A DNA stretch of 64,000 bases from Folioceros fuciformis (lineage: Eukaryota). The stretch spans positions 1-64,000 of the forward strand of contig JBNGIO010006224.1 of assembly GCA_049999805.1 (NCBI GenBank), in the 5' to 3' direction. Of the stretch, positions 37,287 to 48,431 are shown one piece after another. The notes under the pieces are model-generated. The model did no database searches. It was not told the origin of the DNA and was given only the letters and a program-made list of their open reading frames with translations. Positions within the stretch are counted from its first letter, which is position 1. Every line of letters begins with the position of its first letter. Both the position numbers and the translations under genes were made by a program.

Positions 37287-39729
37287 TCACAGATGCGGGG
37301 TTTGCAGCTGAACAGAGGGTTCAGACTTGTTTCCGCCAGCTGTGATTGCTGGATGAACTTTGTAAGTGTACCAACGCGCGTAGGCTAGAAAGAGAACCAC
37401 GTCGACGGCAAGGATCACAGCCAGCAGGTAATAGTGATTCGTGAGCCCCCCAGAATGCAACTTGCCTTCGAGCCAACCCCCAACATCCGCTGTTCGCCTG
37501 TTGACGGCATTCACCAAAACGGTGGAAAGAAAGAAGCCCATGGAAAAGGCGGTGAAGAAGAGTGATGTGGCGACGCTCTTGGTGCTCTCGGGCGTCTCCT
37601 GGTAGAAGAAGTTTAGCTGGGCAACACCCACCATGACCTCCACTGTGCCCGCGATGGCGAGCTGCGGAATCAACCAGTACACGGGCATGGGAATCTTCCC
37701 AAGCACAATGTCGAGATGTTGGACATGCTCCCTCTTGATAGTGCTAGCACGCTTCATTTCCACCCGGGCAGCCGCAACCGAGGCCATGACGGATAGCACC
37801 AGCCCCACGCCTATCCGCTGGAGATGGCTCAGGCCTTGCAGACTTCTGGTGACTTTGCTGGCGATAGGGAAGACCAGCAATTCGAACAGGGGCGTGGAAA
37901 GCAGAGCAGCGAAGACCATGAACACTGCGATTGACCCTGCCGGCATTGTCCACTTGCTCCCCACCCTGCGGTCCATACTCAGGGCTTGCTGCACGGAGAA
38001 GTTGTAGACCTGGCATAGCATGGTGTAGACGGGTATGGTGCAGATCCATATGGGAAGTATCTGTACGATGGTCTTCAGTTCTTCCACCTGTGTCACGGTA
38101 CAGAGGTGCCTTCCGCTGGTTTTATGTGCCTGCTCCTCTGGCACCAGAGCCGCTTTGTCCAGAAATCTACAACATTGTCCACTACCTGCAGCGATGAGGA
38201 GTACCTCGGAATAGATTGTGACATCAAACTCGTCAAATTCCAGTGAAAGCTCACCGCAGTCTGTTAGTGTGACGAAGCCTCTTGATCGTGGAGTCTGCGG
38301 CATATTCTGTCTCTGGCATCTCGTACAGCGCACTGGGATCCGCTGGAAGCCGCTTGCTGCCATTTCTGGCTGCGGCAGCAATCACCTTGGCCAACTGTGC
38401 GAACGCGCTTCCACTTGGTTTCTTTCGTCTGGTGTCACACATTGTGTACAGAACCTCAGTTGATAAATCCACCTTTCAGTTGACATCACAATTGTTCCGG
38501 GAGTGGAAGGAGTTGTGAGGATTGAGTTCCTGCCTCGGGAAGGGAGCTCCGCAGCAGAAGGTAAGGAACGAGAGGAAGTAGAGGCCAGCAATGATGCCAA
38601 AGCCCCAGTCGAACCCCACGTCAGTCTGCACGTAGATCAAAATTGTCACTCCGAATGTGGCACTTGAGTTGAGCGCAGTGTAGTAGCCCGTGAAGAAGGA
38701 GGCGCCCTTCTTCTTCTCCTTCACGTCGGTATGATCAAATTGATCCTGACCAAGGGAGGTCATGCAGGGCTTCAAGCCCCCCGCTCCAATTGCAATCAAG
38801 TACAGCCCTGCATTTGCACACTCAGTCTGGTCAAGCTGTGTAGTGCATTCATGTGGCGGATTTGCCGGATGCCTCAGGGTTTCATGTCTCAAAACATGGC
38901 TTGCGATATCAGGTGAGCAGAAGAGCCAATCATCCATAGTTGGAAATCCCACCTGCATAGCACCAGTTGAGGACGTGCTGGCTTGCTCTGGGGCACACCG
39001 AGTGCAACGAGGTTGGCGTGCACGGGGGAGGCTGTAGCGATGATAGAGTTGCGGAAATGGTGAGAACCAGGGCGCCCTGGAGTTCCCCAGCCGGCAAGGA
39101 GCCCACAAGATTCAGCAATCCCGATCTTGGGCTGGCCGGATCTGCCTGTCGCAGGAACGGTTTAACTGCGAAATTGATCAGTCGAGTGATTTACCGCAGC
39201 AGCAATCAGGCCTGTGGCCACGATGGTCCAAAGCTGACCCACGTAAGCATCAGCCAAGAAGCCCCAGACGATTGGCACAAGGTAAGCGGTTCCGAGGAAG
39301 TAGGCAACCTGATTGACAGATTCCGACGCAACCAGATGCAGAATCTCATACAAGTACGTGACCAAATTTGCACCCGCAGTAAAGACCACTAAATCTTCGC
39401 CAATCGCCAAGACTGCCGAGACAGGCCAAAATCCCTATCGTCAGGGCCACCGCCAAGACAACGGACACCATACAAGGCACACCACCAAGACCACACACAC
39501 CGACCGACACACAGGCTGAAATCATTGCAAGCATGAGAACCGAGAAGAGCTACCGTAGACGAATACAGTGGCCCGCCATCCTCCCGTCTTGCCTCGGACA
39601 GCTGGTCTCCCTCGTAGATTGAGGGAACCATCACCCACAACATCCCCGGGCCTCAACTCCTGCAAGGTGGACTCACATCATTTGAATTTGCATGCAATAC
39701 CTGTTCTGTCGAGACAATTCGCTCACCAT
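37287..39729 (-). CDS. NRT1/PTR family (NPF) transporter, NPF4-like
   Basis: Spliced model M|ELRPGDVVGDGSLNLRGRPAVRGKTGGWRATVFVY|VLAIGEDLVVFTAGANLVTYL..GFLADAYVG, GLYLIAIGAGGLKPCMTSLGQDQFD, FLDKAA, CTVTQVEELK, FSVQQA, HLQRIGVGLVLS, FFYQETPESTKS. The model needs one GC-AG intron (38429-38533). An ATG-only first coding exon at 39729 is inferred. Confidence 0.92.
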
Positions 39730-41747
39730 CTCCAGAACACAGCCAGAAGGTCTGCACGCCTACGCGCTTCCAATCGTCCAAGCTTGCAATCGCATTCAGA
39801 AGCTTCCACATCGCACGAGGAATTCAAGATAGACTCCTCTCCTCACGAGGACCTGGATCGTTGTGTACCTGTACCGGAGAAGCAGACCACTCACTCTAGG
39901 ATTCTCCAGAACAGACAGTGGAAATTCTCACCACACCTCTCCAAAACACCAAGTGGAGCTGCTCTCCACATCTCCCGAGACCTCAGGTGTCAAGCTGTGT
40001 GTTCCGAGTACTTCGCTGACTGTAAATACCTCTATCGAGGTAACTCCTGGGCTCTCCTAACTTCTTAAGCGTACGAATGCCGGCGCCATGCGTGAATAGC
40101 TAGCCGGTGGAGGCACATTTGCTTTCCCGGGGGGAGGGACATAGCCGTCCCTTCTCCTTTCTGGCAAACCATCTCTCTGGGCCTGTCGCTTGCTTTTGCA
40201 AACCTAGAGCCAGGCAGATTACAGAGACAGTTAAGATTTTATTCACAGAAATACAAAAATATTATATATAATATCAATAAATATATCTGGTAAGCAAAGA
40301 TGCATATATAGTAAGTACAGAGATATATACATATTAGACATATATACTAAGTCGATAAACATATGTGCACTAAGCACTCAATTGCTGGATTAAGGCACAC
40401 CACATATCATGGCTTAGCCTTATTCTTAAATCCCATTGGTTGGCCTTATCCTTGAATTTTATTGGATTATCATTGACTCCTATTCGTCAGTCTTGTTTGT
40501 CCTCTTGCTCAGCTTTATCCTTAAATTCTATTGGTCTATGGACTTGGTCACTCTCCTTTCAAGTTATTTTTACTTTTTACATTTTTTTTAATTTATCTAA
40601 AAATTTTGGCTTTTTGAAAGATGCTCATTCTAGAACATATATATGTGTTTCAATGTTTCATCACATTCTTTGGCAGCTAGCTGTTGTTGTCTTCAAATAT
40701 AGGGTACTACTTTATCAAAATATTTTAAATATTTTTCAGCTAGCATACTAGACTGGTTCTCTTCGACCAGGGAGGTGATTATACCTTAGATGTTTATGAA
40801 AAGTCAAGGTCAGAATCCTTGAAAGATGGTTTGCCATGAATCATCTGACCTTGAAAGATGACATTGAAAATATTCTAAAATTGTTGACAAAGCCTGCTAG
40901 CATGTCTATAAAGACATGCTAGCAAATATTCTGACCTTGAGAGATGACATCTTGGCAACTTTAGTGTTTTCTCTCTCTACATACAATTTCTCTCTCCGCA
41001 TGCAATTGTCGAGGATAGGATTTGTTAGCAGTATCTCCATCGCCTTATTAATCCCCTCATTTAAGATTGATGAGTCCTCTTGGACTACTTGATTTGCTCC
41101 TCCTCAACACTTTTCAATATTTTGTGGGTCTCATCTCTTATATCTCCTTGAGGTAGAGGCTACTCATGCTCAAGAGTAGGTTAAAGAGAAAATTGCTCAT
41201 AAACCAAGTGTTGGGCATCTTCATGCAACTCCCTTCACTGCTAGATGATAACTTGAGTTACTCCCATTACTTTATTATTTCCTTAAACATGCCTCCAAGC
41301 TGTGTTAATGAAGTATGCACTTTGCCACTAAATAACTCACATTGACCACCAATCCTTGTCTTTTTACAAGTCATTCCATAAAAGTATTGGTTTGAATCCT
41401 ATTCAAAACATACTTTGTTGACACAAATTCCTTTTCAAAAAAATGTGCCTCCAACCCATACTAATGGAGCATACTCTTTGCTACTTTCACTAGTTGCTCA
41501 AAAGCCAATGATGGCTTAAGCCAAAAAAGTTGGAAGATGAAAACGAGACAAAAGTAATTTTAGACTGACCTTTGAAAGATACCATGTGGACTTTGCGATT
41601 GCGAATATGTTAATAGCAAACATGAAATCCTTTGAAGGATACCATGTGGACTTTGCGGGGTTGTGAACCTAAAATCCTAACAAAGCATAATTGAAACCTA
41701 ACAAGTGTGCACGGGAAATGTTTCACGAAGTTCGTCATCCATACATC

Positions 41748-42055
41748 ATGGATTTGAAAGTGATCTCTGATTGCTCCAAATTGGGTGTGTGCATGAGTAG
41801 GGCACAACGGATTTGAAGGTGTTCTCCCATCGCTCCAAATGAGTGTGTGCTTGTATAGGGCACCATGGATTTGAAGGTGTTCTTGGATTGCTCCAAATTG
41901 GGTGTATGTGTCTAGGGGACAAAGGATTTGAAGGTGTTCTCTCATTGCTTTAAACTTGGATGAGTGCATACATAGGACACAATGGATTTGAAGATGTTCT
42001 TCGACTGCTCTAACTTGAGTGTGTGATTGCTCTAAATTGAGTGTGTGAGTGTGTA
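41748..42055. repeat. Tandem repeat, 57-60 bp unit, 5 copies
   Basis: GGATTTGAAGGTGTTCT...TGCTCCAAATTGGGTGTG at about 41750, 41809, 41867, 41924 and 41984. Confidence 0.9.
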
Positions 42056-42995
42056 GGCCAAAGATTAAGGTGACCAAGTATAGACATGTGTAGAGAGATT
42101 TTACTTTCAGTGTGCATTCAATCCGCCATAGCCTCCCTAGGTTTGTATCAAATACCTGGATGAAGTATCAATCAGTAAACCCTACATGGAAAGTCCCATC
42201 TACTCCAAAGATTGAAGTAACAACCCAAGCTGGGCCAAAGGCTTTGCAAAAGGAATACTAGAAAAAAAAAAAAAAAAAGGTCAAAAGGGACTACTATTTT
42301 TGATAATATCATTCTAAAACATTGACCTATTACTCCCAAAATATCGTGACCTAGAATAACAATAACCCTAAATCCTAAATCCTTAACACTTTCGAACTAT
42401 TTACTTTTTTTTCTTTTCTGTCATATGAAAAAACAATTGTTCACGTCCGAATGGATCGCCTGTCCATATATATATGCCTTGACCTCAACCTGTTCTAGGC
42501 CACGGAAGGTGTCCATTTACTTCGGTCTGGAGCCTCTCTGAATGCTGGTAGCTGGTAAGTTGGTGGAAATGTTTTCGGGCAAGTGCAGCGCACAAGAAGT
42601 ACATGAGCGGCAGTGAGAATCTTAGGGATCATCCACGTCATCGAATCAGACAATTGTACCTCTAGCCGCCTGCTCCTCCCTGTGGAGTGATTTGAACCGC
42701 ACCTCGAACGACCAGGGACCTTGGTTGGTAGTATTCTCATTCCTTTCCTCGCCGCGCTTTACTTGTGTTGAGCTGTTTCTTGTCTATGGTAGGTTAGGTA
42801 AGTCCAAGCTTTTTGCTGTGTGCCGCGTGTCGTCTACCTCAGTGTATTTGTAGTTGCAAGGCAAGCCGGGTGTGGTGTTATCTTGGAGGCTGTGCTTGTA
42901 TCATTCTTTTTCCCTCCTGGTGGTTGTAGTCTGGTGAAAATTTCAACACTTAGCTGCCAGAGCCTGCTGGGCGTATTTGCTCGAAAACCCATCCA

Positions 42996-43041
42996 AGCTC
43001 AGTGATTATATGTCAAATGACAATATACGCTATACTGAGCC
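42996..43041 (+). ncRNA. U54: Box C/D snoRNA, U54/SNORD54-like, copy 1 (5' boundary uncertain)
   Basis: C-like box GTGATTA at 43002-43008. Guide AATATACGCTAT at 43022-43033 is the exact complement of the conserved 18S segment ATAGCGTATATT. One spacer nt, then box D CTGA at 43035-43038. Confidence 0.7.
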
Positions 43042-43159
43042 TTGTGCTTTGTGGACGATATCTGCCATGAGAGCTTCCTCCTGTAACAGTCGGGCTTTCA
43101 CTTACAGAGTTTTGAGATGTATTGCTCCTGCCTGTTGATGTCGTTGTTAGTCTGGTGAC

Positions 43160-43247
43160 TGTGATGCCTGCGGAAGTAAGTTTGAGGACCCAACCAGCTC
43201 AGTGATGATCTGTTAGATGACTATGTATATATACGTTATACCGAGCC
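43160..43247 (+). ncRNA. U54: U54-like snoRNA copy 2, degenerate (possible pseudogene)
   Basis: GTGATGC at 43161 and GTGATGA at 43202-43208. Guide ATATACGTTAT has a C>T change that gives a G:U pair at the target base. Box D reads CCGA at 43241-43244. Confidence 0.45.
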
Positions 43248-43359
43248 AAGGGCTTTGTGGACGATATCTGCGATGAGAGCTTCCTCCTGGAAGAGTGGGG
43301 CTTTCACTTTCAGGGTCTGGAGATGTATTGCTCCTGTCTGGTGATGTTCTTGTGGTCAA

Positions 43360-43446
43360 GTGACTGTGATGCCTTTGGAAATGTAGCTGAGGACCTAACG
43401 AGCTCAGTGATTACATGTCTAATGACAATATACGCTATACTGAGCC
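43360..43446 (+). ncRNA. U54: Box C/D snoRNA, U54/SNORD54-like, copy 3
   Basis: C-like GTGATGC at 43366, D' CTGA at 43387, C' GTGATTA at 43407, guide AATATACGCTAT at 43427-43438 and box D CTGA at 43440-43443. Confidence 0.75.
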
Positions 43447-44360
43447 TTGGCTCTTGGGCTTTGTGGACGATACATACCATGAGAGCTTCCTTAGAAGGAG
43501 TTGGGCTTTACTTTCAGACTGTGTTGGGATGTATCACTCCGGTCCGTCCATGTCCTTGCAGTCACGTGACTGTAATTCGTTGGAAAATGTACCTGGCGTG
43601 GTTCATTGGGCAAGAGGAACAACTATTGGGACTTTGTTCATTTCCTGTGGAGTGCGTGCAGAAGCTCAGTTCCTGTTTGTTCGTCTACCAGAAGTGCAGC
43701 CGGGCACTTTCTGATCAGATCACACTAGATTCCGAATTCTCTGTTCTACTGTCAGTTTTCGCAGGGTATTTTGGCTCTGGCATCAATGGGAATTCCCTCT
43801 GTTCGGGGGAGGTGGCTTGGCAGTTGCCAATGTGAAGAAGGCTTATTCTGCTTACCAGTGAGCCTTCAGTTCTTAGTTTTATGATGGACCATAGTGACTC
43901 TGGACTGCCCGTGTATTGCCTGCATGTAGCCAGTGGAGGGCCTGAAGTAGGTACTTGTTCTAACCTGTTCGTTGTGACAGTTGTGAGTCAAAAGATCGCC
44001 AGTGATATTGAACGTGAATGATATGGACATGGCAGGGTTTGGAGCCGACAAGCTGCTGCTGGAGTGGTGTGGCTCAGTGGGTATTAACGTGACCCTATAG
44101 TTTCAGTTGCAAGGTGCTGAAGGACTCAAGCAAAGACTCATCGTGATCGATGATCTTTTATGCCTGCAACTTGCATTGCTGATTGTGAACATGTCAACAG
44201 GTTTGTAGCGATTCTCGTGCCTTTTGTATCTTATGTAGACGAAAGTGTGGTTGCTGGAATGTATGCGATCCACAACGGCAGTGCTTACGGATAATGCCTG
44301 TGCTGTCTAGGTGGTCGATCCAGCTTACACGATGTTCGGCCTTGGCGGCATCATGGTGAC

Positions 44361-46226
44361 ATGGTGTTGCGACACCAGCGGCTGCGCCGTGCGCGTCGTT
44401 TACCTTCTGTCTACAACACCGTTGTTGTGGTCGGTGTGTGTGTCTGGTGTGGTTTTCTCTTATTGTTGATGTGGAGATCCTCTCAGGTTGGAATGCTGGG
44501 CAGTTGCTTGAGGCTGAATTTACGCACAACTAGAGAAGGAAGCAATTAACTCTCAGGTCTTTAATTCAGGGAAAAAGGCCGCTGGAGTGCCGTTGGTTGC
44601 AAAGGCCGCCATTGGTGTGTGCACATGGAGGAGATACGGAAGCGGCACCTGCCAACACGGTAGGCCTTTTGAAGTATTTGGTTTTTCTTCTTGTTGTGGT
44701 CGGCTTCATACATCGTTAGTTGCATGCTGCTAACGGCAAGGTGCAATGCAAGCACAGGTGAAGGCCTACGAGCAGGCCTTGCTGTTAGAGGTGGACTGCA
44801 TCGAAATTGATGCGTCTTCAACAAGGGATGGTGTGCTGATCGCTCTCCATGACAGGTACTCATCTGAGCTTCGTAGTTCTTGAATGGAGAAGCTTCGGAG
44901 TTGTTCCCCGCTTTCATTGTTCTCAATTTAGGAAGTGTTAAGATGTAGGCATGAGGATGAGCTGTTTGCTTGTGACGGTCACGTCTGTTCGTGGTCGTGA
45001 TTCGCCGTTTCATTGAACTTTGGACGGACATCCAACTTTATTGCAGAGATCTACAGAGGATATCTGCAGTCAAGGGCCACCGAGTTAGCGCAATTACTTA
45101 CCTCGAGGTACTCCTACGACATTTGCCAGTAGGTCTGCCGTAAGCATTGTACCCCTACCGCAAGGCTCAGTGAACTCTCACTACGGATTGGCAATTCTGT
45201 CAGTTCCGGGATCTCGAGCGACGGCAGAACATCACCGGTGATCAGAAGGCTACGACTTTAGAAGATGCATTATATGTAAATTCCGCAACCAAGCTTGAAT
45301 ACCAAGCAAGTTGTGCGTGTGGGAAGTAGGTCCCTTCAGAACAAGTCGAAGACTCTCCGATACACATTTTGCCTTCAAGAAACGGGGTCTCAACACAAGA
45401 TGATTAACGGTCAGCTGCTTATATCAGCATGTATCTGCAGCTGTCAAGCAAGTGATCATCGATGTGAAAGTGGCATCTCCGAGCATGGCTGAGCTTGTTG
45501 CCAAGAACGTCCTGAACGTGGTAAGCTGAACCTCAATAGGCCTGTTCCGTTCCGTTATTTTGGTGCACTGGCACTTTGCTCTGGTCAGTTTGGATTTAAG
45601 TGTGGTGCCGTCAACCAGAAAGGTTGTGGGCTCGGTGACCTGCAGGTGCTGAAAACAAGGTGCAGAAATTGCCTTGTCTGGTCCAAGGAAGACAGGGTGA
45701 TTATGGAGTACTTGCGGCAGAAAAGCTCCCAGCCGGCTACTGGGGCCCTGTATGGGTTACAGGTCTAATTCCGAAATTTCCCCGTCTCCTTCTTAATCCA
45801 TCGTGGAGGCAGGAGGAATCTGACTCATGCGTACTGACTTGGTGAGGTCAGTGCGGATACATAGTGATGCAGGACGACGTCAATGGGAGAGAGACCGGCC
45901 TACTTCGAATTCCAGAAGCAGAAGTAACCGGAGTTTCCCATACCTTCATCGATCGGCGGCTGGTGGATACTGCACACAGGTGGCCTGCTCAATCTACAAT
46001 CCCTTGGCCAGAGCCACTCTTTCCGGGACCAGAACGCTGAACTTAGGAGTTTGCGTGCAGGGCGCAGAAGAAAGTGTACGCGTGGGTTGTAGATGATGAA
46101 GATACCATGGTGGTCAAAACAGAGGACGGGGTGGATGCCATCGTCACCAACCGGCCCCGCACTCTCCAGCAAGTGCTCCGACGCCAAGCGAATCTATGCA
46201 GACGTCAGACTGCCATCCCCGGATAA
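44361..46226 (+). CDS. GDPD4: Glycerophosphodiester phosphodiesterase, GDPD4-like, multi-exon
   Basis: N-terminal TM segment, then CRWLQRPPLVCAHGGD..PANT, VDCIEIDASSTRDGVLIALHDRDLQRI, KQVIIDVKV, CRNCLVWSK, GYIVM, KKVYAWVVDD and VDAIVTNRP. Stop at 46224-46226. Confidence 0.92.
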
Positions 46227-46753
46227 CAGGATTCTCCCTACGACCTGATCCGGCCCTTCCTATTTCTTTTCTCTCGCCCAATCCGGTCTGCCGTGCGCTG
46301 GCCGCGCGACGTGGCAGCAGGCTTTTGCAGTAGTTGCGACGTGGCGGATAGAAGCGTGGTTTCAATGTGTGTCGGACTGTGTTCCTGAACTGGCTACCGG
46401 TGGGGTTGTGCCATGTGCGTCGCGCATTCCGATTTTTCTACTCCGAGCGGCGCTTACGCTGATGGCGTGAAGTCTACATCCCGGCAGGTTCTAGTCCGCG
46501 AGCGGCCTGCCACCAGTGCTGATGCCAGCCACTTTCCATCTCACTCTCGAGGCGCTTACAGCACGTCCCTATCCGTTGGGCCGAGCTCGGGGAACTGGAG
46601 CTGGAGGTACGTGAATTCGGTTCTTCATCTCCTCCCAGTGTAGGCTCCGAAGCCCTAATTCTCTTCCGACCACATTGGCTTGTGCGAGCTGGAGCCGGAG
46701 CTGGAGGGAGAACGCAATTGTGTGTCCTGGAGTGGCTGAGGCTGCCGTAGGCG

Positions 46754-47377
46754 ATGGGAGGGAGCAGCGCCGTGAGGCTCTTCCACAGCAGGCTGAATTT
46801 GCCGGTAGCGTCTTGCAGCACAGACCACACCGTGCGCGCATGCAGTCATACGAATGTGCTTCCGATTGCCAGCGTCGTGGCTGCCCGGCCCGCAAGGCCT
46901 GCGGCACTGGACGCCACGGAGCCCACGAGCTCTCTCATGTTGCACGGGTTTCATTGCCACGGAGTCGCAATGAGGGGACGCTCCGGTGAGCGTCAAGCCA
47001 TGGCGTCATGTTACCGGGCTGCTATCGGGAACGCTACGGAGTCGCCCTTGCGGTATGCTCCGGTCCCGGAGCGGCAAGCCCTGACGCTGTATGAGATTCT
47101 CGGGGTGTCCAGCGACGCCTCGGAGACGGACTTGAAGGTGGCCTTCAGGTGCATGGCCAAGAAGTTCCACCCGGATCGGGCTCCGCCGGAGGCTGCTTCG
47201 GAATACAATCAGAAGTTCCTGGAATTGCGCCGGGCGTACAACGTGCTTAAGGACCACAGAACCAGGGCTCTATACGACTTCGAGATCAAGAACTCTCCCA
47301 AGTACTGGGCGCAAAAGTACCATTCGCAGCACAGGCAATGGCGTGGGCGTAATTGGGAGACTGATCAGTGCTGGTGA
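46754..47377 (+). CDS. Small J-domain protein, chloroplast DnaJ11-like, intronless
   Basis: J domain TLYEILGV..AFRCMAKKFHPD..RAYNVLKDHRTRALYD with the HPD motif and the family-typical C-terminus RNWETDQCW. The Ser/Arg/Ala-rich N-terminus resembles a transit peptide. The start could be a downstream ATG. Confidence 0.9.
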   Translation: MGGSSAVRLFHSRLNLPVASCSTDHTVRACSHTNVLPIASVVAARPARPAALDATEPTSSLMLHGFHCHGVAMRGRSGERQAMASCYRAAIGNATESPLRYAPVPERQALTLYEILGVSSDASETDLKVAFRCMAKKFHPDRAPPEAASEYNQKFLELRRAYNVLKDHRTRALYDFEIKNSPKYWAQKYHSQHRQWRGRNWETDQCW

Positions 47378-48431
47378 GGGCTTGCTTTCTTTCTGTTCGT
47401 TTCTAAAACGACAAGGTTATTTCTTCGCTTTTGCAGGGGTGATTATCACCGATTGCTTATCTATTCGTTGCCTTCTGCAGGACGTCTTGACTGACATTGG
47501 CACCAGCACGTTGTGAAGGCGATGTGTGCGGCATGCAAGCTGGCCGAGCAACCGAACCGTGGTTGCCTGTCCAGCTTGTGGCTGTGTTTGACACATTGAC
47601 ATGTACAGAAAGTGTGGCATGTAGCCACTTGTGTGTTGTAAAGTATTTTTTGTGTACCATTTGCTGTATACTGCTCCATAGTGACGAGAAAAGCTGCGGT
47701 CTGTGCCGCAAAATATGATTTGCACATGAATTTAACGAACTGGAGGCATTGGACGTACATTATCAGCCGACACAAATTTCTGTTTAATGAGAACCAGACG
47801 TTGCCCGATTCATTCAGAACCACATCGGGCAGAAGTCTTGAGCTACGGCGGCGAGGCTCTATTGGCCCACTTCGCAACACGCTGCGACGGCAGCAGGGAA
47901 GCGCCTTGCGAGCAGCCACTCTGGGCAAGTCCATCAGAGGAAGCACATTAGCCTTGAGAGCAGCCGCCTTGACAAAACCATGCGAAGCGGCACATCAGCT
48001 TCCCGTCTCGAGATACTGTCCTCAGGGCTTCCGCACAAGGTGTACGGCTTTCTGTGCGCTCGCCAACTACCACAAGATCACAAATTCATGAGTGTTAGGT
48101 TTCAAGGACACACAGCAGCTACGCGTGGCTCAGAAGGCCCGCGTATGGGCATCACACAACGAGTGACCTCTAGGAACCAGACAGATCCAGAGCTCTCAAA
48201 AGACACAAGATGGCGTACGATTCGATGTAACTGAATGGGGGCCAAACCTGTGTCGCCAAGAAGGATTATGGGAGGACAACGCTTTGCTGTCACTTAATTA
48301 TCGATCCAAGTGGAATGGTTTGGTTCTCGACAAACCATGACCGTTGATAATAAAATAAGCATAGCCGCCCAATTCCAAACAGACCACGGCTGCTGTAGGT
48401 TGGAGTTGTCTGCTGTTTGCTGCCTTCCAGA

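Larger units (their letters stand above)
42996..43575 (+). repeat. Triplicated ~200-bp unit
   Basis: AGCTCAGTGAT... starts at 42996, 43196 and 43401. The copies share GCTTTGTGGACGATA, ATGAGAGCTTCC, GGGCTTT and GATGTAT blocks. Confidence 0.92.

Noticed and set aside
38539-38550. GAAGGGAGCTCC resembling the 3' part of miR319, i.e. a possible target site in the NPF mRNA
   Set aside because: Only the miRNA 3' half would pair. The 5' seed and cleavage-side positions mismatch in both spliced and unspliced forms.
41610-42077. 155-aa ORF with repeated EHLQIH
   Set aside because: It is simply a translation of the ~58-bp tandem repeat, with no support for coding.
43689-43730. Hairpin CAGAAGTGC/GCACTTTCTG followed by AGATCA as an H/ACA snoRNA
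   Set aside because: I could not identify a second hairpin with a terminal ACA or a pseudouridylation pocket.
43257-43835. 192-aa ORF
   Set aside because: It has a non-ATG start, runs through the triplicated snoRNA-containing units, and shows no recognisable domain.
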